Shown one piece after another: positions 57,181-64,000 of a DNA stretch of 64,000 bases. The notes below the pieces were generated by a model. It ran no database searches. It saw nothing but the letters and a program-made list of their open reading frames with translations, and was not told where the DNA came from. Numbering within the stretch: position 1 is the stretch's first letter; every line of letters begins with the position of its first letter. The position numbers and the translations under genes are program-made. This stretch comes from Candidatus Sungiibacteriota bacterium (GTDB lineage: Bacteria; Patescibacteriota; Minisyncoccia; Sungbacterales; HO2-52-23). The stretch lies in NCBI GenBank assembly GCA_016180435.1, contig JACPBG010000001.1, forward strand, positions 136,358 through 200,357, in the 5' to 3' direction.

Positions 57181-57252
57181 TCCTCCCACCTGGAATCGAA
57201 CCAGGACCAACGGCTTAAAAGGCCGCTGCTCTACCAATTGAGCTATGGGAGG
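57181..57252 (-). tRNA. tRNA-Lys(TTT)
   Basis: CCTCCCA/TGGGAGG acceptor, GCGGC-CTTTTAA-GCCGT anticodon arm, GGTTCGATTCC. Confidence 0.93.
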
Positions 57253-57269
57253 ATAAATTTTAGTACGGG

Positions 57270-57289
57270 ACCAATTGAGCTATGGGAGG
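57270..57289 (-). repeat. Exact duplicate of the first 20 nt of tRNA-Lys
   Basis: accaattgagctatgggagg, also at 57233-57252. Confidence 0.9.
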
Positions 57290-57292
57290 GAA

Positions 57293-57784
57293 TTATGATC
57301 TCCGCCATTCGGATTTATTGCCCTTGCGCTGATTTTCTGCCATTGCCAGCTCATCATATATACCGTCAATAAGCCGATAGTTTTTCGCCTCCTCAAGAGT
57401 TACCCAACGAAATTCGTCGGTCTCATCCGGTTTAAGCGCAACTTCGCCCGATTGATAATCAGCGAGGCATGAAATAACCAAAGATGGATTTCCATCGCCA
57501 TGCACAGTAGCCAAACTTGTAACATAGGCAATGTTCGCAATATTCAATCCGACCTCCTCTTTTACTTCGCGCCGCAAAACTTTTTCCAGCACATTATACC
57601 AATAATCGGCAGTATCTTTGGGTAAATTAATGTAATCATTGATTTCCAACTTGCCGCCCGGAACAGTCCACATTCCCGGAAAACGTTTTTTGTTAGATGA
57701 ACGCCTCGTAATCAAATACTTTCCGTTTTTTACAATGATAGCGGTAATTACTACTTCGTGAAGATGCTGATTTTTATTATCCAT
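57293..57784 (-). CDS. NUDIX hydrolase
   Basis: WTVPGGKLE..LRREVKEEVGL (Nudix box containing an insertion). Confidence 0.9.
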   Translation of the reverse strand: MDNKNQHLHEVVITAIIVKNGKYLITRRSSNKKRFPGMWTVPGGKLEINDYINLPKDTADYWYNVLEKVLRREVKEEVGLNIANIAYVTSLATVHGDGNPSLVISCLADYQSGEVALKPDETDEFRWVTLEEAKNYRLIDGIYDELAMAENQRKGNKSEWRRS

Positions 57785-57990
57785 ATTTTTAAAATTTTTG
57801 GGGGGTGGGTTTTTTAAGCCGAAGCGTACCATACATATTAGTATTATTGTATCACAAATATACTTTTATGACAAATTCTACGAAGTTACAAAAATATATG
57901 CGCGATACAAAGTGGCGTTATCTATTTTTGCTGATGCAATCTCACTAAGTTCTTGAAAATGCGTAAAATTTATCGTAACCTGTAGAAGTT

Positions 57991-60099
57991 ATGGCGCAGG
58001 ATTATTTTTTGGCCTTGATTTACTACCTGGTTTTTCTGGCATTCGCACCGGCCGGATTTTGGGCTGCGCAGATTTTCATATCCGATTTTCGCTCGGCCTA
58101 TGCTGTTTCCAAACTCCTCGGACTTCTTATTTTCGGATATTTTATTTGGCTGCTATCTTCTCTTCAATTCCTTGATTTCCAAAACATCTTTTTTATAAGA
58201 ATGTTTTTTATGCTGCTTGCGTCTGCAAGTATCTGGACGCTGTTTAAATATTGGCCCGAAGAATGGAAAAAAAACCGCAAGACCAATTTTAAAACCGTGC
58301 TCATGACCGAGGCCTTTTGGATTATTTTATATTTGGCCTATCTCTGGTTAAGATCCCATAATGCCGAAATTCACGGAACCGAGCGCTTTATGGACATGGC
58401 ATTTCTTAAAGCATCATCTCTGACCGATTACTTTCCGCCGATTGATCCCTGGATGGCGGGAAACCCGATAAATTATTATTACTACGGCCATTATCTTTTT
58501 TCTTTGGTCTCCAATCTTTCCGGTATTGGCGTAAATTTCACATATACATTTGCCCTCGGAATTATTTTCAGTTCCTCGCTGATGCTTGCCTGGACCTTTG
58601 TAAGGCGCTTTGTAAATTCCAAAACTTTCGCACTGCTTGCCGCATTTTGGATCATTATTTCCGGTACAGCCGCATTTGGCGCATGCATTATTCAAACACT
58701 CGGCGCATGTTCCTACGTAAAATCAACCCGGCTTTACGAGCCCTCATATATAATCAATGAAATTCCATCTTATAGTTTTACGGTCGGAGATTTACATGCG
58801 CATCTTATTGCCCTGCCGTTTTTTCTCTTGGTATTATTTTTTTTATATGAACTTTTCAACAAAGAAACATTCGGTTTCGGCCTAATCGGAATAATGGCAG
58901 TTATTTTGGCATCGCTCGGCATGATGAACCCATGGGATTTTGTTTCATTGGCAATGATCGTTTTTTTAATCGCCGTATTCAGAATATTTCGCGCTAAAAA
59001 ATCCGGCATTACCTGGATTAAGGCCTGGGACATGGAAAAAATGATCGTGGTCAAAACAGTATTTTTGGGAGTTTTTGCGGTTATTTTAATGCTGCCGTTT
59101 TTAATGCATTTTGAAGGCGGAGCCGGAGGAATAGGATTTTCCCCGGTATATGCGGCAAATCATAATCTTCTTTATAACTATCAATATCCGACGCCGTTTT
59201 GGGGGTGGATCGGCATTTGGGGAGGTTTTGCCCTAATTTTGGCGCTTAGTGCCGCGATACTGCGGAGAATCTTTTTCAATGCGCAAAACTTTACGGCTCT
59301 TCTTATTCTGGCCGGAATTTTGCTTTTGGCCGGAGTGGAACTATTTTTTGTAAAAGACATTTATTCGCTTGCCAATCCCCCGTATTTCAGGGCAAACACG
59401 GTTTTTAAATTCGGCTTCCACACCTGGACCCTTCTTTCGCTGGCAGCCGCAAGCACTTCGGCACAGGCCCTGCGCGAATACAAATTTTCCAGGACCAGAT
59501 TAAAAAATGCGCGGATATACGCCCGGATCCTGCCTGTCATTATAACTATTTTGGTTTTGCTCGGACTTTTTTATCCGATCAAAGCCCTGAATGAATTTTA
59601 TCTTTCCTCAAATTCTGCACAAACGCTGGACGGATCTTTGTTTTTGAAAACGCTTTATCCGGACGATTACGCGGCAGTCATGTGGCTGAACAACAATGCG
59701 CGCCAACGTGAAGTGCTTATTGAAGCGGCCGGAGACAGTTATACTGATTACGGAAGAATAGGAATTTTTTCCGGAATGATGAATCCCATAAATTGGATGA
59801 CGCATGAATGGGGCTGGCGCTTCAAGCCGCAGGGCGAGCCCCCAGCCGATCCGAATGCGCCGCGGGAATCGGGCTGGAGCAAAGTTGCCGCCCTGTCCGG
59901 AGAAATACGCGGAATATACGAATCAAACGACCCGGAAACAACCCGCGCGCTACTACGCAAACACAGCGCCGGATTTATTTATATCGGCGACCTTGAAAGA
60001 AAAGAATATCCCAATCTTATGGAATCAAAATTTTATCAGCTTGGGTCAGTGATTTTTTCTTCCGGCAACGCCAAGTTATTCAAGTTGGAATTTGAATAA
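57991..60099 (+). CDS. DUF2298 / YYY-domain integral membrane protein
   Basis: TERFMD, PPIDPW.AG..INYYYYGH, INEIP.YSF..GDLHAH, NTVFKF, TLDG. Confidence 0.88.
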   Translation: MAQDYFLALIYYLVFLAFAPAGFWAAQIFISDFRSAYAVSKLLGLLIFGYFIWLLSSLQFLDFQNIFFIRMFFMLLASASIWTLFKYWPEEWKKNRKTNFKTVLMTEAFWIILYLAYLWLRSHNAEIHGTERFMDMAFLKASSLTDYFPPIDPWMAGNPINYYYYGHYLFSLVSNLSGIGVNFTYTFALGIIFSSSLMLAWTFVRRFVNSKTFALLAAFWIIISGTAAFGACIIQTLGACSYVKSTRLYEPSYIINEIPSYSFTVGDLHAHLIALPFFLLVLFFLYELFNKETFGFGLIGIMAVILASLGMMNPWDFVSLAMIVFLIAVFRIFRAKKSGITWIKAWDMEKMIVVKTVFLGVFAVILMLPFLMHFEGGAGGIGFSPVYAANHNLLYNYQYPTPFWGWIGIWGGFALILALSAAILRRIFFNAQNFTALLILAGILLLAGVELFFVKDIYSLANPPYFRANTVFKFGFHTWTLLSLAAASTSAQALREYKFSRTRLKNARIYARILPVIITILVLLGLFYPIKALNEFYLSSNSAQTLDGSLFLKTLYPDDYAAVMWLNNNARQREVLIEAAGDSYTDYGRIGIFSGMMNPINWMTHEWGWRFKPQGEPPADPNAPRESGWSKVAALSGEIRGIYESNDPETTRALLRKHSAGFIYIGDLERKEYPNLMESKFYQLGSVIFSSGNAKLFKLEFE

Positions 60100-60103
60100 A
60101 GTA

Positions 60104-60246
60104 GAGTTTGGTGAATAATAAGATTAAGCCAATTTTATTCTTCGAGCCTGTCGAGAAGTACATTATGGATTAAGGTAATTTCTCGACGCGCCACTGTCAC
60201 GGCTTGCTCAAAAAATAACCTATTTTATGCATTATTCACCAAACTC
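60104..60246. mobile_element. MITE family E, full copy
   Basis: TIR gagtttggtgaataat/attattcaccaaactc; shares ttcgagcctgtcgagaa with family D. Confidence 0.88.
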
Positions 60247-60325
60247 AAAGTAACAAATTTGCATAAATATATGCGTTGTGTAAAATTAAATTGTCGCAAC
60301 ATTATAAAAGATATCATTAAAATCT

Positions 60326-61336
60326 ATGAAAAATACACTTTTTATCACACTTTTTCTGGCTCTGGCCATGCCCGCATTCGGCCAGGAAGCCGGGGTATAT
60401 CTTACCGATGCCAGCGGAAACAAAATAACGCAATTTAATGTCGGGGACTCGGTTTATCTTGAAGGCATCTGCCCTTCGGCCGGAGGAGTTAGTGCAAGAA
60501 TCTATATTACTCCGGATAAAACCTGGAAAGCCGGAGACCAGTTGCAGGATGTTTCCGCCGGAATTGAGGCCCTGCAAATTCCAAGCAATGGCACGATAGT
60601 GTCCACAAAAATCTGGAATTACGCCAATGGAGGCGCGTATGACGCTATCATTGATACAAATAATGATATGATTTTGCAGGATTACGAAAGCTGTATTGTC
60701 GGCAAAACCGATATCGGATTTCGCGTAGGAATAGTGGCTACTCCGACTCCGACACCCACGCCGGTACCTACGCCCACTCCAACCCCCGTTGTACTTACGC
60801 CATCTCCAACGCCAACTCCTGCGCCCGTAACGCCTGTGCCGTCTCAACCCTCGCAATTATTTACGCTTGATTCTTATGTTGAAACAAAAAGCCTTGCCAA
60901 TGTCCGGAAATCCCCCGGTGGAACCCTGCTTGGACAGCAACTTAGCGGAGTCGGCGGCACTGTAATAGGCGGACCGGTACAAGCATCTTTATCCGGAATC
61001 CCGCAATGGTTCTGGAATGTGAATTTCAATGATGGCCCTGACGGCTGGGTTGCGGAATTTACGCTGAAATCCGCAACAAAGCCGGTGCCGAAAACAGAGC
61101 CCGAGCCAACACCCGAACCCGAAGCCACTCCGGAACCGTCCCAAGAAGTGACAATTACGGAACCGGCTCCGGTTTTGACAGAAAAACCGTTTGAAGGAAA
61201 TCTTGCGCAGGTATCGGAATCCGCGGGAAATTCCGGATGGAATTCTTTCCTGGGCGCAGCAGTCATCGGACTTGCTATTTTACTCGGACTTATCATTGGA
61301 TCCTCAATCATTGCCCGCGCTATTCGCAAAAATTAA
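60326..61336 (+). CDS. Secreted Pro/Thr-rich protein with an SH3-like domain and C-terminal TM anchor
   Basis: Signal peptide, (TP)n linker, NVRKSPG..WFW.V.F..DGWVAE, C-terminal TM. Confidence 0.8.
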   Translation: MKNTLFITLFLALAMPAFGQEAGVYLTDASGNKITQFNVGDSVYLEGICPSAGGVSARIYITPDKTWKAGDQLQDVSAGIEALQIPSNGTIVSTKIWNYANGGAYDAIIDTNNDMILQDYESCIVGKTDIGFRVGIVATPTPTPTPVPTPTPTPVVLTPSPTPTPAPVTPVPSQPSQLFTLDSYVETKSLANVRKSPGGTLLGQQLSGVGGTVIGGPVQASLSGIPQWFWNVNFNDGPDGWVAEFTLKSATKPVPKTEPEPTPEPEATPEPSQEVTITEPAPVLTEKPFEGNLAQVSESAGNSGWNSFLGAAVIGLAILLGLIIGSSIIARAIRKN

Positions 61337-61355
61337 AATCACTTTTTCTGTCCTC

Positions 61356-61382
61356 AAAAAACCGAGTCCAACTCGGTTTTTT
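61356..61382. terminator. Bidirectional intrinsic terminator
   Basis: aaaaaaccgag-tccaa-ctcggtttttt. Confidence 0.75.
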
Positions 61383-61627
61383 GTATACTGACTCGAATAA
61401 TACGAAATAAACCCTGGTTCAAACTCTGCTCATTTCATGGAAATTTTCTATCTTATGCTTATCCGCGGTCGCGGATAAGCATAAGATGGCATAGCTTAAA
61501 ATAGTTCGGACGGTTTTCATTACAAGTTTTTCTTTGCTTGCCGGCTGTAGTTTTAACGAAGGCTGGGCGGCAAATTCTTTGAAAAAGAAAATCGCCTTCC
61601 GAAGAAGGCGACGATATACGATTCGGC

Positions 61628-62086
61628 TTAAAGCGAGACACCTATTTCTTTGAGAGCCTTGGCCACAATAAAGACCGGAACATTGAATAGTCTGACTGCC
61701 CCTTGCGGTGGCTTGAACGGAACTGGCTTTTTGAAACGCTTAAGGTTCTTGAACTCATATCGCCAAGATCCGGCGCCAATACTGACTGTACCGGTGTCGT
61801 TATCAAACTCTCTCTCAATCTGCTCTGCTTCCGCATCGGTGAGTTCTCGAACCGGAACAAGTTCTCCTACGCCGACAAGAACACCACGAAGGGTATTTTT
61901 GGAATCAAGACCGTGTGCTTTCGCAACATCACGGGCAGTGCTCGTAGAGGTGTAAAGAAGGGTCAGCCCTGTATGGCTCCAACGCCATGTACGTGTCTTT
62001 GCCGAGAGCTTCCCTCGAAGCAAAAGCTCATTGTATGGGAACGAATTGGGAAATGCGGGAATAGTCTTGCCATTGCCGTTTTTCAT
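61628..62086 (-). CDS. ASCH/PUA-like domain protein
   Basis: PY..LLLRG...KTRTW....G..LLY, G.LVG, P.P.K..QG..LF; AGGAGG RBS. Confidence 0.6.
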   Translation of the reverse strand: MKNGNGKTIPAFPNSFPYNELLLRGKLSAKTRTWRWSHTGLTLLYTSTSTARDVAKAHGLDSKNTLRGVLVGVGELVPVRELTDAEAEQIEREFDNDTGTVSIGAGSWRYEFKNLKRFKKPVPFKPPQGAVRLFNVPVFIVAKALKEIGVSL

Positions 62087-62237
62087 TGTTTTCCTCCTGT
62101 TTGGACTGGGAAAAGATCTACGTAGAGGTTAGCAAATATCAGTATAAAATGTCAAGAGGCGGCCAATGCCGCTTCTTGAAAAAATCTTATAAAATTTTTC
62201 TTTTCACAAAATTAAAATGCGGTTCGAACCGATATTT

Positions 62238-62308
62238 TGGACCCGAGGAGAATTGAACTCCTGTTTCCCGCGTGCAAGGCGGGTGCTCTACCACTAAGCT
62301 ACGGGCCC
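62238..62308 (-). tRNA. tRNA-Ala(TGC)
   Basis: GGGCCCG/CGGGTCC acceptor with G3:U70, CCCGC-CTTGCAC-GCGGG anticodon arm. Confidence 0.95.
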
Positions 62309-62344
62309 TCTCAAAAAATGGAAGAGTGAACAAGCCGGGTACAT

Positions 62345-62722
62345 TTAAGCGGCCCTGAGATTAGAAGAATTTTCTTCTAACTCGTCTTTATTTTCTTCAT
62401 TTGCCGGCTTGGCTTCGTCATAACTCAACCACGCATTGGTCCGAGACGCTTCCGTCTCTTCAATTGTTTTCAGCGGAGAAATTTCGTGAAAATTAAGCCA
62501 GGCGTCCACTTTATTTCCGTCCGGCAATACAAACTCAACGAGCAAATCCTGAACAGATCCTCCAATCTGCTTTATTTTACCAACCGTACCCGGAGCCACA
62601 CGGCAATCCTTATTTCCGAGCCTGCCTGGTATAGTTACCCAATTTTCCAGACGAGCTGATATGCCTACTTTCCATCCTTCCTCCGGTTCATTTTTTTCGA
62701 ATTTTTTAGATGATTCCTTCAT
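62345..62722 (-). CDS. Hypothetical protein
   Basis: 125-aa ORF with acidic termini. Confidence 0.55.
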   Translation of the reverse strand: MKESSKKFEKNEPEEGWKVGISARLENWVTIPGRLGNKDCRVAPGTVGKIKQIGGSVQDLLVEFVLPDGNKVDAWLNFHEISPLKTIEETEASRTNAWLSYDEAKPANEENKDELEENSSNLRAA

Positions 62723-62756
62723 GTTTTTTATAAATCTACCAAATGGTTAGAAAAAA

Positions 62757-63278
62757 TCAAGTGTCCGACTCAAACCGGCGAAATAGGATAATCACGGCCA
62801 GAGGCACAATCACCCACCAGATATGATAGGCGGGATTCGCAAATACGGTTCGGGTGAACGGCGCCAAAATTTCAAATCGGCCCGGCGGCAGAAAGCTCAA
62901 AAAAATGTGGATTAGAAGCCCGGCCTGCAAAAAACACAAAATAAATATTTTCCACCAGGAACCGGCGGGCGTAATTCCCCGGCTCCGCCTGGAACCCAGC
63001 GAAAATGCAAGCAAAAGGAAAGTCGCCGTAAAAACCGCTGTTTTGGCAAAAAATTCCTCAACCTCGCTGAAATTTTTAAACCAAGCGCCTAACGGCAACG
63101 CCAAAAACAGCGCATATGCCGCATAAGTATAAATTATTGTCGCGGCAACGCGCGATTTTCCGGCAAAAATCCCGTAAAAAAACCCTCCGGCGATCAATGC
63201 CAAAATAGAAATGATATCCCAGGTCGGATGGGACCAAATCGCTTGTGCCGTTGCGCTTATGGCTCCAAGTTCAGGCAT
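62757..63278 (-). CDS. Hypothetical multi-TM membrane protein
   Basis: About five hydrophobic helices; located downstream of groEL. Confidence 0.7.
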   Translation of the reverse strand: MPELGAISATAQAIWSHPTWDIISILALIAGGFFYGIFAGKSRVAATIIYTYAAYALFLALPLGAWFKNFSEVEEFFAKTAVFTATFLLLAFSLGSRRSRGITPAGSWWKIFILCFLQAGLLIHIFLSFLPPGRFEILAPFTRTVFANPAYHIWWVIVPLAVIILFRRFESDT

Positions 63279-63301
63279 AATTATATTATAGCACAATTAC
63301 T

Positions 63302-63340
63302 ATATATTTAAATCCCCACCACGTGGGGATTTAAATATAT
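63302..63340. repeat. Palindrome with 18-bp arms (ccccac/gtgggg core)
   Basis: atatatttaaatccccac-cac-gtggggatttaaatatat. Confidence 0.85.
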
Positions 63341-63453
63341 TCATACTTAACTTTTCTTCTTAAGGCGCATGCCGTGTATGAACTTACTATCAAGATAATT
63401 CGGTCGAGGCAATATGATTTTGAAACAAAAGCCCCCAGTGAGTTATTGCGGCT

Positions 63454-63596
63454 TCGTATATTGTAATTTCAGACAATGGGAGGACGCGAAAGCTTGGTCC
63501 GAGCACTCAAAAATTTTGAGTGCTCGGTTTCGCGTCCGACCCTTAGCGAATCCCGCGCTGGACGGGACGAGTCGTGTCTGAAATTACAATATACGA
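63454..63596 (+). repeat. Structured repeat family A, copy 5, nested in a larger IR (about 63394-63656)
   Basis: 22-bp IR tcgtatattgtaatttcagaca; outer arms gataattcggt..atgattttgaaaca. Confidence 0.88.
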
Positions 63597-63662
63597 GAGC
63601 CGCGTAAGCGAGTAAACGTGTTTCAAAATCATGTTGCCGAGTAAACCGAATTATCAAGTCCA

Positions 63663-64000
63663 TTAATAATCCTCATGCGGCATCGCCGGCATCTTTTCCT
63701 TCTTCTCCGGCAGTTCCGCCACCGCGGCTTCGGTAGTAAGAAACATGGCCGCCACGGATACCGCGTTCTGCAGGGCAAATCGCACAACTTTCAACGGATC
63801 AATGATACCCGCCGCAAACATATCTTTTACAAGCTCTCCGGAAAGCGCGTTATATCCTCCGTATTCTCCGGTACGGATAAGATTGGCAATAACCACGCCG
63901 TCTTCCCGGCCGGCATTAGCCACAATTTGGCGCAAGGGCTCCTCCAGCGCGCCCATTAAAATTTCACGCGCGGAATCAAATTCTCGTTTAGTATCTGCCG
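63663..64000 (-). CDS. groL: Chaperonin GroEL, 3' end (runs off window)
   Basis: [39 protein letters not shown]. Confidence 0.95.
   Translation of the reverse strand, partial: ADTKREFDSAREILMGALEEPLRQIVANAGREDGVVIANLIRTGEYGGYNALSGELVKDMFAAGIIDPLKVVRFALQNAVSVAAMFLTTEAAVAELPEKKEKMPAMPHEDY

Noticed and set aside
60738-60840. Pro/Thr codon repeats as a mobile or phase-variable tract
   Set aside because: Synonymous variation shows an ordinary low-complexity linker

Overview
A bacterial chromosomal segment, most likely Patescibacteria/CPR (Parcubacteria-like). This is inferred from the compact RpoB, the short AspRS, CPR-type hypothetical proteins and the repeat content. The housekeeping backbone comprises rpoC (partial), rpoB, secG, rnj, trpS, typA, obgE, murF, ftsI-ftsL-like-rsmH-mraZ, aspS and groEL (partial), with four intact tRNA genes (Leu-CAG, Glu-CTC, Lys-TTT, Ala-TGC). 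Accessory blocks are a CcdA/redoxin/Cys-His cluster, surface proteins, an amidinotransferase plus split PutA module, and a stand-alone FabH-like enzyme next to a multi-TM histidine kinase. The main unexplained signals are: (1) a complete tRNA-Glu nested in the anticodon arm of a second tRNA-like gene and joined to it by a complementary linker helix; (2) many families of non-autonomous palindromic/MITE-like elements, stacked and nested, with no transposase in the window, including a six-copy family with a conserved branched core and covarying stems; (3) palindromic or tandem repeats inserted in frame in conserved genes (obgE, typA, murF, rsmH, trpS, mpg) or supplying their 3' ends; (4) gene cassettes bracketed by inverted repeats. 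All calls come from reading the sequence and no database searches were run. Repeat boundaries may be off by a few nt.
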